A DNA stretch of 31,620 bases from Candidatus Micrarchaeota archaeon (GCA_038046765.1 JBBSVN010000020.1:1-31620), one strand, 5' to 3'; shown: positions 17,542 through 27,482, counted from the first letter of the stretch. Numbers and translations are program-made. Notes: generated by a model not told the origin, from the letters alone.

Positions 17542-18228
17542 TTATATCTTATTCAAAGCCAGTTTTATATCCTCCAAACTAGCCTTTGTAAGTATTATTG
17601 GTATCCTTTCCTTTTCTGAAATATGCACTGCCAGTTTATCTAGTTTTTCAATATCTAAGTCATGCATTACAACCGCGCTTGGTTTTGATGGTGAAACTCT
17701 TATGACAACCATCGGAGATCTTCCAGTACTTACTCCTGTAAAAATGAAAACACGTTCATTAACATTTCCATAAAGATTTTGGAAATAGCTTAGGGGCATG
17801 TCTAAAATTACTTTCATGCTGTCTATTAAAGTGTACCCGTAAATTTTCTTATCTAACCCTTCAATATTAGATATTGCTCTACCCTTAATTAAATCAATAA
17901 AATCCTTTAACGTAATTGCCCTTGCAAATTCATGAACTTCAAAAAATTCTTCTAAAGGTTTTTGTTGTGCAGTTAATTTTTGTGTTATTTGGCCTCCTTT
18001 TTGGACATCTATTGTAAATAGTGCTTCAACCAGTCTTTTTATTACACCCGCCCCGGGCGATTTTCTTCTGTTGCTTTCATAATCGCTTATTGTTGAAACT
18101 GTAATCTGTAAATATTTGGCTAATTCTACCTGTGTTATTGTGAATATTTCGCGCCATTTTTTCATGGTTGCTCCTGGATCTTCTGAAAGAGCGATTTCGC
18201 CCGCTATCTCGAGTTTGACTTTATTCAT
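17542..18228 (-). CDS. Archaeal XRE-type HTH transcriptional regulator (COG1709-like)
   Basis: IAGEIALSEDPG, KKWREIF..TQ.ELA, ISDYE..RRKSPG, FTGVSTGRSPMV. Confidence 0.88.
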   Translation of the reverse strand: MNKVKLEIAGEIALSEDPGATMKKWREIFTITQVELAKYLQITVSTISDYESNRRKSPGAGVIKRLVEALFTIDVQKGGQITQKLTAQQKPLEEFFEVHEFARAITLKDFIDLIKGRAISNIEGLDKKIYGYTLIDSMKVILDMPLSYFQNLYGNVNERVFIFTGVSTGRSPMVVIRVSPSKPSAVVMHDLDIEKLDKLAVHISEKERIPIILTKASLEDIKLALNKI

Positions 18229-18305
18229 ATCAATACCATTAGCTTAAAGTAATCTTACAAAATACTTGTACGTTAATGTTTAAATTCGTTTCGACGGTTG
18301 TCTAA

Positions 18306-20111
18306 CTACTGTTTTCTGCACGCAACTAATGACCTATTTAGATCCCTAACTCTTCTTTCAAATACGTTTGAATCTATCTTGTCTTTATTTTCTAAAAGAT
18401 AGTTAAGTATTCCTTGAACTAATTCATATCCTTTATTATCTGGGTAAACTATAAAATTACCCGCTACATGATGCGCTATTCTTTCAATTATCTGAACATT
18501 AATATTTTTAGGAAGATCATTATTGATAGATGCAGTTTCTACTGAATCTAAAAGTTCTTTGAAATTCTTTGGTAACATTATTTCATTGTCTTGAAAAATT
18601 GTGTGGCGGTTAAATATTGATCTAGAGTATTTTAAATTCACATCTCTGAATACTCCATATAATTTTGTAAATTGCGTTTGTGTTCTAAAATAATATTTAC
18701 CCATACTTCGGGTGCAGAACCATGTTGCAACATCCATTTGAGTATCTAAACTTAATCGATCCAGTTCTTCCAATGCTCTTTCGCTTAATTGAGGGTTTAT
18801 TAAGGCCGAAAACCAGGATTTCATTGATAATGTTCCTACTAACTTTAAATCATCTAAAATTAATATTTTAAACAAAACATCCTCTCCTTCTTTACCTAGA
18901 GCCCGCAAATAAAAATAAGATGGATCCCTCAAGAAACTATCACAAACTACCTGGCTTTTTGCTATATTTGCGAGTATTTCTTGATTAGTCATATCTAAGC
19001 TAGTTATCAATTCTTTTCCTTTTTGTACTATTATATGTCTTCTTTTTTGTGCTTCTGAAGCTAAATTATGCCTATTTTGACGGACTAATTCATCAGTTAA
19101 TTGTTCATACTCAAAAGCCAGATTTGCTAGTGTAAGTAATCTGTATATTCGGTCCTTCTCTTGTTTTACTAATGTTTCCAATCCTTCAATTGAAGAAGCA
19201 TGTTTGGACACATGTTCCAATGTTTCTTTCTTTATTATTTGAAGTGAAGAAAAGTTTCCTGTTTCCTCATATTTCATTTCCGGTGCTGAATCTGAATCGA
19301 AGTCCCAACAGTCATATTCTGGTAGTTTTTCTTTTTCGGTAGACTTTATTTTCCCAACCGTACCTATCGCGTGTTCAGCGAAAAGCGGAACAGATCCTTC
19401 AAATGTATCTGTAGATGGTGGATAAACAAAACCTCCGTTTTCTATTGAATAAGCTTTAACTAAGTCTCGAATATGGATTCTTGAACCGCGTCCGTCCGAG
19501 TAATCGCCCGCAATTAAATCCCATTCTTTTCCTTCGGAGTTTATATAAGTTGCAGTTACATGCGCATAACCATTTTTGTTTGGTGCGTAATAACGAAGAT
19601 ACACCTCATTTACTCCTGCATCATAAAGTGCAGAACCTACTAAATGAGCTAAAGGTTCACAGCTTCCGCCTTTGTTTTCTATCGCGTCAAGCATTCTTAG
19701 TTTTCTTGAATTTATACTAAAATAAGTTAAATCTTTGAATACTTCCGAAGCGGCATCACCGGAGCTTTTTGTTTTTAATTCTGAAGAAAGATTTTTAACA
19801 TACGAAACGTATTCATCTGCAGTTTTTTTACTAACTTCGCGTCCTTCTTCAAAAGCATCCCATTCGTTTGCACTACTAATAAATCCTCCTGATAAAAATG
19901 TTCCATTTTTAATTCGTTCTTGTTCCCTTAGTATTAATTTCCTTCTCTCTTCTTGCACCATCTGCTTTAGCATGTTTGCCTTTTTAGTTTCAACATAATT
20001 CGAAATCGCCTTACGTATTGGTTTATCAGTTAATTCTTTAGCTACGCCAGCACCTGCGGTATGTATTACCAAGGAAAGTGCTATTGCTCTACCAAATCTA
20101 CCAATGCGCAT
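18306..20111 (-). CDS. Membrane-anchored protein with a putative transglutaminase-like Cys-His-Asp domain
   Basis: N-terminal basic plus hydrophobic anchor; GGSCEPLA...AHVTA...EWDL. Confidence 0.55.
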   Translation of the reverse strand: MRIGRFGRAIALSLVIHTAGAGVAKELTDKPIRKAISNYVETKKANMLKQMVQEERRKLILREQERIKNGTFLSGGFISSANEWDAFEEGREVSKKTADEYVSYVKNLSSELKTKSSGDAASEVFKDLTYFSINSRKLRMLDAIENKGGSCEPLAHLVGSALYDAGVNEVYLRYYAPNKNGYAHVTATYINSEGKEWDLIAGDYSDGRGSRIHIRDLVKAYSIENGGFVYPPSTDTFEGSVPLFAEHAIGTVGKIKSTEKEKLPEYDCWDFDSDSAPEMKYEETGNFSSLQIIKKETLEHVSKHASSIEGLETLVKQEKDRIYRLLTLANLAFEYEQLTDELVRQNRHNLASEAQKRRHIIVQKGKELITSLDMTNQEILANIAKSQVVCDSFLRDPSYFYLRALGKEGEDVLFKILILDDLKLVGTLSMKSWFSALINPQLSERALEELDRLSLDTQMDVATWFCTRSMGKYYFRTQTQFTKLYGVFRDVNLKYSRSIFNRHTIFQDNEIMLPKNFKELLDSVETASINNDLPKNINVQIIERIAHHVAGNFIVYPDNKGYELVQGILNYLLENKDKIDSNVFERRVRDLNRSLVACRKQ

Positions 20112-20295
20112 ATATTTGTTATGTCAGTTTGTGTTTAAAAAGATGTTGGTTTGTGTATTTTATCCTCTGTTCGCATTATTCTTACTGATTATTATCCTCT
20201 TTTCGTGGTACACCACTTCCAGGCAGGAATTATGTGTATTATCTATAATACTGTATTTGTCATAAAGTGTACTATTGACAATACATTTTCTAAAA

Positions 20296-21072
20296 TTAGA
20301 ATTTCTCTTCCAAATAATTAACTGCGTTCTTAAAAATCTTTAACCCTTGAGCTTCCGTGATATTAACGCGTGTCCAATAAGGATTTGTAACGACATCAAC
20401 AAAAGCCTCAGGATGTGGCATAAGTCCAAATATCCTACCGCTTTCATCGCAAATTCCGGCAATATTTGCTACGCTTCCATTTGGATTATATGGATACTCA
20501 GAAGTTACTCCCTTGTCGCTTGCGTATTGCGCTACGATAAGATTTTTATCAATTATATACTTTAGTTCATTCTCGTCCTTAGGCATAAATTTGCCTTCAC
20601 CATGCCTTACTGGAAGCATAATATACTCCATATCTTTAGTAAAAATACAGGGTGTTGCTTTGTTTATTTTAAGATATACCCATCTATCTTCAAATTTTCC
20701 AGAATCGTTTCTTGTTACGCTAACGCGTTGCTCGAAATCCGGAATTGGTAATAGCCCGAGTTTAACTAAAACCTGAAAACCATTGCAAATTCCTAGTACC
20801 AATTTTTTATTTTTTATAAATTCTCCGAGTTTATCTTTTAATCCAAACTTGAGTTTATTCGCTAGAACTTTACCAGAGCCTAAATCGTCTCCAAAAGAAA
20901 ATCCTCCTGGTATTAATAACATATTATATTCTTGCAAGGCTGCTGGATTTTCAATTAGTTCATTAACGTGCATAATCTGGGCTACTCCCCCTGCTTTCTC
21001 AACAGCTGCCTTACTCTCTGCCTCGCAGTTTAAGCCGTAACCAGATAAAACTAGACATTTTGCTTTTGACAT
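20296..21072 (-). CDS. purQ: Phosphoribosylformylglycinamidine synthase glutaminase subunit
   Basis: G.NCE.E, PGGFSFGD, GICNGFQ, HGEG, NPNGS, MPHPE. Confidence 0.96.
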   Translation of the reverse strand: MSKAKCLVLSGYGLNCEAESKAAVEKAGGVAQIMHVNELIENPAALQEYNMLLIPGGFSFGDDLGSGKVLANKLKFGLKDKLGEFIKNKKLVLGICNGFQVLVKLGLLPIPDFEQRVSVTRNDSGKFEDRWVYLKINKATPCIFTKDMEYIMLPVRHGEGKFMPKDENELKYIIDKNLIVAQYASDKGVTSEYPYNPNGSVANIAGICDESGRIFGLMPHPEAFVDVVTNPYWTRVNITEAQGLKIFKNAVNYLEEKF

Positions 21073-21173
21073 ATATTAATATATTAGGGAAAAAATAAAA
21101 ATCCAGTGATTGCTATCACTAGCTTTTTATTTCCTTGGAGATCCCAAAAGAAATAAAAAAGGAACTGGAAGTA

Positions 21174-21989
21174 TTACCTTCCAATTCCTATGCCTATCCC
21201 TACATTTGCAGAGCTATTTGCGTTGTCGCTAGCCGGACCGATTCTTACAAGTCCGCTTGCGTCAATTCCCAATTCTACATTATTTGCAATTCTAAGTCCT
21301 TGTGCAAAGTCTCCTTTTTCATTCATACCTATTTTTACATTGACTTTTGCATTACCCCCGTTAATTTCTACATCGCTATTTGATTTTACATTTACTGTGG
21401 CGTTTTCTCTTGTTTCAAATTTTACTACTGGTGCTAAGATATATTTACCATTGCCAGTTATATGCAAAGATTCATCTGCGATAAAATCAAAACTTGCAGT
21501 TGTCGTAGAATTTACACCAACTTCAACAGGGCCTACGAACTTAAGCATTCCTGAAGGAAGTTTTGCTTGTTGTGATCCGTTTGCATCGGTTACAATTACG
21601 TTTGATACATCCATCCTAATCTGGTTGTATGTACCTTGTTCAAGCGCTAAATCTGCTAATAGTGCTGCAGATCCTTTAGCTTTTAGTTCAAGCAAATCAT
21701 AAGTTTTAGGTGTTGAAGAAACAGTTACCCATCCTTTGGTTGCGCTTTGAACCATTACCTTATCTACAGTAATCTTAATACTGGATACAGAACCCATGTC
21801 TGCAGCAGCGTCTTTAATTATCATAACCATTCTACCATTGCTTGAAGCTGAAGAACTAGCTCCTGTTGTTCCAGTTGGATTGCTTGATCCAGTCTGATTA
21901 GAATACTGGCTCGTACATCCTACTAATAAAAAAGATAAGAATACTAAACTTAAAATTACTTTTTTGAATTCCATATCTTTCACCCCCAT
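21174..21989 (-). CDS. DUF4382-like lipoprotein
   Basis: Lipobox LLVGC, Ser/Thr/Gly linker, IKDAAAD, YDLLEL, GTYNQIR, KLPSG.LK, DF...ES, TGNGKY.L.PV. Alternative ATG at 21974. Confidence 0.8.
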   Translation of the reverse strand: MGVKDMEFKKVILSLVFLSFLLVGCTSQYSNQTGSSNPTGTTGASSSASSNGRMVMIIKDAAADMGSVSSIKITVDKVMVQSATKGWVTVSSTPKTYDLLELKAKGSAALLADLALEQGTYNQIRMDVSNVIVTDANGSQQAKLPSGMLKFVGPVEVGVNSTTTASFDFIADESLHITGNGKYILAPVVKFETRENATVNVKSNSDVEINGGNAKVNVKIGMNEKGDFAQGLRIANNVELGIDASGLVRIGPASDNANSSANVGIGIGIGR

Positions 21990-22102
21990 TTCACCTAACT
22001 CTAAACTAAATCCTAACGAGTATATAAAACTATCATGTTTGAATATTTCTTCACATAAGTCACATGTACTGTTTTATTATCTTTTATTACTAATAATAGT
22101 TT

Positions 22103-22369
22103 ATGGTAATTTCAAAAGAACAAATAATCTCAAACGGTTTTATCGAATTACAAGTCAAATTTTCAGGTGTAATCCAGAGGCATAAATTTATCGTTAAAAA
22201 GGAAAAAACAGGATTTGGGGAGGTAATATTTCTAGTTGTAAATGCTAATCTTCCTCCTGCGGAGATGGCTCGTCTTTCAAAAGAATTAGATTTTCCAATT
22301 AAATCCATTAATTCGACTGCATTCCCGCCTGGAAAAAGTGCGAAAGATTTTCAAATTTCTAAAATTTGA
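22103..22369 (+). CDS. Hypothetical 88-aa protein (paralog A)
   Basis: 49/87 identical, ungapped, to 22853-23116. Confidence 0.85.
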   Translation: MVISKEQIISNGFIELQVKFSGVIQRHKFIVKKEKTGFGEVIFLVVNANLPPAEMARLSKELDFPIKSINSTAFPPGKSAKDFQISKI

Positions 22370-22449
22370 AAAGATTTTGACAAGAAGTCAAAGGGTTTTA
22401 TCCTAACTGTTTAAATTAGTTTGTTTACACTATTCGTTTGGTGTTAATT

Positions 22450-22770
22450 ATGGCAATTCATAAATCTAAATCTATTCGTCCTATATCTGATTTTCAAAGG
22501 CAAGAAAGAGAATGGAAAAAATTATGTGCTCAACCTCCTGCAATTCCATCTGATGTCGTGAAAGAGCTTCTACAAGATGCACATCGTTCTGCATTAAGAA
22601 GTAGCTTAATGGAAGACCAAACTGCTGGAACTTTAGATCGAAGGAAGGCTCAAATTTTGAAACTGCTTCAAACTCCCAGAAGAACAGAACGTCAAGAATT
22701 AGAATTAGATTCTCTTATTGCTGAAGCAGGATTTATAGAATCAACTACTGCAGCACTACGTAGGAGATAA
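22450..22770 (+). CDS. Hypothetical helical protein
   Basis: ORF between the two paralogs; GGTG precedes ATG 22450. Confidence 0.65.
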   Translation: MAIHKSKSIRPISDFQRQEREWKKLCAQPPAIPSDVVKELLQDAHRSALRSSLMEDQTAGTLDRRKAQILKLLQTPRRTERQELELDSLIAEAGFIESTTAALRRR

Positions 22771-22852
22771 TTCTATTTTTTCGTTAATATCTTTTTCCTC
22801 ACTTTCCAAAAAAATCCCACTTCTTTATAAACTGTTCCGCTCATATATATGT

Positions 22853-23116
22853 ATGAAGATTACAAACGAAGAAATTTTAGCCAAGGGAAACATGGAATTA
22901 GCAGTCAAAGTATCTGGTGTTGCACAAAAGCATATTTTCACAGTTACAAAATACAAATCTGGTTTTGGGGAAGCAAACTATCTATTTGTTAATTTAGACC
23001 TTCCAGAAGCAGAACTCGCAAGATTATCCAAGGAACTTAATTTTCCTTTCAAATCTTCAACTAGTTCGTTTTTCCCGCCTAAGAAAAGTATAACTGATTT
23101 TATTATTAAATCTTAA
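22853..23116 (+). CDS. Hypothetical 87-aa protein (paralog B)
   Basis: Paralog of 22103-22369 with its own TTTATAAA at 22824-22831. Confidence 0.85.
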   Translation: MKITNEEILAKGNMELAVKVSGVAQKHIFTVTKYKSGFGEANYLFVNLDLPEAELARLSKELNFPFKSSTSSFFPPKKSITDFIIKS

Positions 23117-23178
23117 TTTCTTTCTTCTTTTTGCATTAAATACCCCTATTTATAAAATGTTGCATACTAAGTATAATT

Positions 23179-23589
23179 ATGGAAATGCAACAAACAATTC
23201 CCGTGCTAAACATAAGTAAGGATAATGCAATACTACTACATAACAACGTAGTTAAAGCATACTCTAAGTTTAGCCTTCTTAATCAGACTGCTATTTACAA
23301 AGAAAGTTTTCTTAGAATTAAATCTGTTTCAAAAGATATTCTTGGTATAAAGGTAAAACTTGGAAAAATTGTAAGTATAAACAAAAACACTTACGAAGGA
23401 AACGAAGTTCATACTCTTATAGAAGTTGAAGGGGGAAATAAAATCGTACTTGTAACTTTTGATGCCAAGGTAAAAAGGTTTCATTCATCAAATAATTATT
23501 TTGAATACAAAATAAAATCTTATTATGATTACATGGTAGATGAGCAGGATAAAATGGCTATTTTAGCAGGAGTTAACCTTGTTAACTAA
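23179..23589 (+). CDS. Hypothetical protein
   Basis: 136-aa ORF with TTTATAAA at 23149-23156. Confidence 0.7.
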   Translation: MEMQQTIPVLNISKDNAILLHNNVVKAYSKFSLLNQTAIYKESFLRIKSVSKDILGIKVKLGKIVSINKNTYEGNEVHTLIEVEGGNKIVLVTFDAKVKRFHSSNNYFEYKIKSYYDYMVDEQDKMAILAGVNLVN

Positions 23590-23645
23590 TTTAATAAAGT
23601 ATATTACAGGTTAAAAAAATAAATAAAAATAAATTATAAATTAAT

Positions 23646-24527
23646 TTATCTCTTTATTCTTTCAATTTCATCGACTAAACTAAATATTCCTATAGCGCAG
23701 CCATTAACTTTTGCTTTGTAAATATGTGCTCCAAAACCAGTTCTATCCAGGATTTTTTGTGCTTCGAATCCATGCATGTGTAATTCTGATCCAAAATCTT
23801 TTTCTAAATCCTGACCGCATAGAACCTGGTTGATAAACATTGCCCTTTTTTCATTATCTTTTATTTCTCGAAGTACTGTCTTAGGGGCAGCGCTGTTGAA
23901 TATATAACCCTCTATACCAACAAAGCTTCCCATCAAAGTGCCAGTTATTGTTTTTTTGGTTTTTGATTTTTCCTTTATCTCTTTTATTACGCCATCTATA
24001 TCATCTGCATCTTCAAAAATTGCTACGTAAATATTATCTTCTTGTTTTCTTACTTGTTTTCGTGCAGTTAGAAATAACATTGGGTAGATGTTTATTGGTG
24101 GTACATTTTGAGCAAAGTAAACTTTACCTCTTATCTCAGCTCTTACCATCTCTCCTCCAGGTAGCATTATCAATTCTCCTGCTCCTTCGCCGTTAAAAAA
24201 TGAAAAACCCCCTAAACCACCTACTATTTCAAACCCTTCTTTTTTTAGTAATTCTATTTTTTTAGATGCATCATACACTTCGGTATCTTTTAGTTTTGAT
24301 GGTTTTGTTTTTCTTTCTTCAAATTTGTCCTTGCTTCCAAAGACTACGAGCTTATCTAAGCATCCATTTTCTTTATTATAAATTGATAAAAGTTCGCTTA
24401 AGTATTTTAGTTTCCACGTCATTAAAGATACTAAATCATAATCTTTCTGGTTGACTTTCACTCTTTTTAATTCATCTTTCATGAATTCTCTATCCATCTT
24501 ATTAAATAATTCAAAAACTTTTGCCAT
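23646..24527 (-). CDS. Divergent alpha-acetolactate decarboxylase-like Zn protein
   Basis: GLGGF...GELI, NIYVAI, ITGTLMG and LHMHGF...DR.GFGAHI parallel the ALDC motifs GLGTF..GE, N.FYAI, GTLVG and HLHF..DR..GGHV. Confidence 0.55.
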   Translation of the reverse strand: MAKVFELFNKMDREFMKDELKRVKVNQKDYDLVSLMTWKLKYLSELLSIYNKENGCLDKLVVFGSKDKFEERKTKPSKLKDTEVYDASKKIELLKKEGFEIVGGLGGFSFFNGEGAGELIMLPGGEMVRAEIRGKVYFAQNVPPINIYPMLFLTARKQVRKQEDNIYVAIFEDADDIDGVIKEIKEKSKTKKTITGTLMGSFVGIEGYIFNSAAPKTVLREIKDNEKRAMFINQVLCGQDLEKDFGSELHMHGFEAQKILDRTGFGAHIYKAKVNGCAIGIFSLVDEIERIKR

Positions 24528-24601
24528 GGGAAGACCTCGTCTAGATAAATTTCTTAAACAATAATGTTTGAAACGATATTAGTTTAATTGTTTTGGTAAT
24601 C

Positions 24602-25063
24602 TTACATACCTACCCAGTAAAGAATAACTTCCGCGATTAGTATTTCAAGATCTATGTATGTTATTATACTTGCAGTCATGACATAAATTACTGCTCTTAT
24701 GAATTCAACAAAGGTCAAAGACAAAGGTACATCAATTTTTCTAAGGTAATAATCATTTCTAAGTGGGTTCTTATCTATATAACTACCTACTTTTTTGTCA
24801 ATGTAATTAGACAATAATAAAAATAGAAAAGACCCCAGAATCAAAGCAATAGTTAAATCATACCAAAATCCAGTGAGTCCCAGCTTATTTTTTGCATATG
24901 GTAAACTAAAAATCGCAAAACTGGCTAATAATATAAGTGCCTCGAGTTTTCGTTTATCAATAAGCGTAGAAAACTTTCTACCAATTGAGTCTAGAAATGG
25001 TTTGATGAAAATTTGCAGGATTCGTTCGTTTAGTCTAAGCTCTAGTTTAAACATTCGTTTCAC
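24602..25063 (-). CDS. Hypothetical membrane protein
   Basis: 3-4 hydrophobic segments; the GTG start overlaps the upstream stop. Confidence 0.65.
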   Translation of the reverse strand: MKRMFKLELRLNERILQIFIKPFLDSIGRKFSTLIDKRKLEALILLASFAIFSLPYAKNKLGLTGFWYDLTIALILGSFLFLLLSNYIDKKVGSYIDKNPLRNDYYLRKIDVPLSLTFVEFIRAVIYVMTASIITYIDLEILIAEVILYWVGM

Positions 25064-25968
25064 TACTTTTTCGTTCCTTTTAGGTAAACTTTAACCATTT
25101 CTTTTATTCCATCTTCTGTTGTTCTTGGTTTAAAGTTTAATTCGCGTCTTGCTTTTGAAGAATCAAACATTCTATCATGCGCTAAGATGCTTAGATGTTC
25201 AACTGTAAGGAAATCTCCAGCTTTGAATAGTTTTCTTAAGAACTTGGTAGCTTGAAGAAGAAACGAAGCTAAAGCATGACTTATCTTGTATATTGGAGTC
25301 GAAATTTTCAATTCTCTACAAACAATCTCAAATATTTCTCTTTGCGTTAGTGCATTAGCGCTTATTAGATAAACTCCGCTTTTTGCATTTATTGCATTCT
25401 TCAAAGCTTTTGCAACATCTTTGATGTGGACAAATGGTACATGATTATTTCCTTCTCCAATTAGCATCATTTTTCCTTTATGTAAAATTTTTATCATTTT
25501 TAAATAATCTTTTATTTGCGGCCCATAAATTGCAGCAATTCGCAGAGCTACCGCGTTTTTATGCGTTAGTATCTCTTTTTCTGCTTCGTATTTAGTTTTA
25601 GCGTAATCGCTGTCTGGGTGGCAAGCGGTTTTTTCATTAGCCGGAATTTGCGCTAATTTCTTGCCATAAACAGAAATTGAACTAGCGTAAACAATCTTCG
25701 CATTTTTAGGAGTTGCGCTAACGATCTTTCTAGTAAGTTCAACATTGCCTTCGTATAATTTTTTCTTGTTATCAAAGTCTAAGCATGCTGCCAAATGCAC
25801 GACAACATTTGCTTCTTTGAGAATTCGTTTAAGTTCGCTCGAACTAAAATTAGTAACAATTTCTCTTTTAATTCCGGATTTTCTTCGAACAAGCGGTATA
25901 GCCTTAGGAACTAATTTCATAAACTCTTTTCCAAGCCTGCCGTTTGCTCCTGTTACGTAAATATTCAT
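25063..25968 (-). CDS. NAD-dependent epimerase/dehydratase (extended SDR)
   Basis: VTGANGRLG, VVHLAA, ASSISVYG, YAKTK (YxxxK), IYGP, FVHIKDVA. Confidence 0.92.
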   Translation of the reverse strand: MNIYVTGANGRLGKEFMKLVPKAIPLVRRKSGIKREIVTNFSSSELKRILKEANVVVHLAACLDFDNKKKLYEGNVELTRKIVSATPKNAKIVYASSISVYGKKLAQIPANEKTACHPDSDYAKTKYEAEKEILTHKNAVALRIAAIYGPQIKDYLKMIKILHKGKMMLIGEGNNHVPFVHIKDVAKALKNAINAKSGVYLISANALTQREIFEIVCRELKISTPIYKISHALASFLLQATKFLRKLFKAGDFLTVEHLSILAHDRMFDSSKARRELNFKPRTTEDGIKEMVKVYLKGTKK

Positions 25969-25998
25969 AAAAAGAATAAGCAAAGCGGATTAAAAAGC

Positions 25999-26748
25999 TT
26001 ATTTAGTGCTGGTATCAATACCTAATGATATAATTTGGTCGTTAGGTAAAATTATTCCACTTCCACTAGTTCGAATAATTCGCGCGTACCATCCGCTTCT
26101 TCCGTATTTCGGGTGATGTATGTCTTTTGTAAATCCCAATTCCTTGACCAGATTTAGCTTCGCTTTCTGTTCCAAGTTATCTAACAAGTTAACTATTTCT
26201 GCTAATGGTTGTATTGTCATGCAAGGCGTTCTTGGTTCTGTTATCTGTATTATCATCCCTCTGTCTCTAGTACCTATACGTAATATTTATCCTATTTCTA
26301 TCTTTGAACTGTTCAAATCTATTGTCGTTATATTTTCTCCAAGCGCACCTGGAAATAATCTATATCCAAGTTCATTAAGTTCGTTTATTAATTCGACGCA
26401 AAACAAGCAAATTGTCTTTTCTGAATTGTCTTGTCCAATCGGTGAATTAGGTGAATGGTGAAATTTTTTATCGTCCCGGTCATTTACTATTTCGATAAGT
26501 TTTCGTTCTCTTTTTTGTCTACCATGACTCCCCCAGTCTCCTGTTTTTAATTCTCCTAACTTCATTCCTTCAAGTTCTTCGTTAGTTACTTCCCTAGCTC
26601 CTGGTATTTTCATTTGCCAAGAATCAGCTGAAGCTAAAAGATAACCTGCAAGTACTTTCCTGCTTTGCCTTTCGATCGCTCTTGCAAAGATTGCAGCTGG
26701 TGTCGGTACTCCTCCTGGTGAAACATTTAATTGAAAAATTCGTGCCAT
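25999..26748 (-). pseudogene. MOSC-domain (YiiM-like) gene interrupted by one in-frame TAA at 26287-26289
   Basis: PGALGENITT...IEIG*ILRIG...IQITEPRTPC...GRSGWYARII..G reads in one frame. Confidence 0.8.
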
Positions 26749-26791
26749 AATTAGTTATCTTAACTAACAAATAAAAAGCCTGCGAAAAGTG

Positions 26792-26829
26792 AATTCTGGT
26801 CTAACCTTTAAATACTCTTCACCAGAATT
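26792..26829. promoter_or_regulatory. Inverted repeat bracketing the TATA box of the ArsR-ccdA operon
   Basis: AATTCTGGT-N20-ACCAGAATT with TTTAAATA (26807-26814) in the spacer. Confidence 0.6.
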
Positions 26830-26834
26830 AATAC

Positions 26835-27131
26835 GTGGCGTTTGAAGTTGCGGACAATATTCTTTGGCATCTTATATCTGGAACCAAAGGTGGACCGAAT
26901 CGATTGCAGATTCTTTTTATTCTCTCTAGTAGCCCTGCTAATGCAAATGAATTATCTAAAGAAACTGGCTTAGATTACAAAACAATAACTCATCATTTGG
27001 AAATACTTGTACAAAACGGGCTTGTAATTGTTTCAAAAGAGAAAAAATACGGGGAGTTATATTCGCTAACTGAATTTGCAAAATCAAAAATTAAAATGTT
27101 TGAGAAATATTTAGCGAAAATAAGGGAATAA
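26835..27131 (+). CDS. ArsR-like winged-helix transcriptional regulator
   Basis: LWHLISGTKGGPNR.QI, PANANELS...LDYKTITHHL..L, YG.LY. Confidence 0.88.
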   Translation: MAFEVADNILWHLISGTKGGPNRLQILFILSSSPANANELSKETGLDYKTITHHLEILVQNGLVIVSKEKKYGELYSLTEFAKSKIKMFEKYLAKIRE

Positions 27132-27184
27132 TCAATTAGTTAATTTGGGAAAAAGTTAATAAAGGAAAAAAAGGTGTATCTACT

Positions 27185-27472
27185 ATGAATGACATTCTCT
27201 TTGCAATTGCGATTAGTATTGTTAACGCATTGCTATCATTAGCTTTGCTTTCAATATACTATAAAAACTACACAAAAATGAAATCTAAGTTTTCACTTGG
27301 TTTATTATTCTTCGCAGGGTTTTTTGTATTGCAAGGATTAGTTGCAGCATATTTGCAATTTTTTATGTCAGGCTCATGTGCTAGGGAAATGACTGATATT
27401 GCAGTCACACTCAATCTAATCGAAGCTTTAGGGCTAAGCGCACTTCTGGTTGTTACAGTAAGTCCATGTTAA
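27185..27472 (+). CDS. Small 3-TM membrane protein
   Basis: Three hydrophobic helices with YYKNY..MKSKF.LGL; in operon with the regulator. Confidence 0.8.
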   Translation: MNDILFAIAISIVNALLSLALLSIYYKNYTKMKSKFSLGLLFFAGFFVLQGLVAAYLQFFMSGSCAREMTDIAVTLNLIEALGLSALLVVTVSPC

Positions 27473-27482
27473 GGGTAAAAAT

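Noticed and set aside
26287..26289. Genome-wide stop-codon reassignment
   Set aside because: TAA terminates many intact genes here (e.g. purQ, vapC, serA-like) and only this gene is interrupted.
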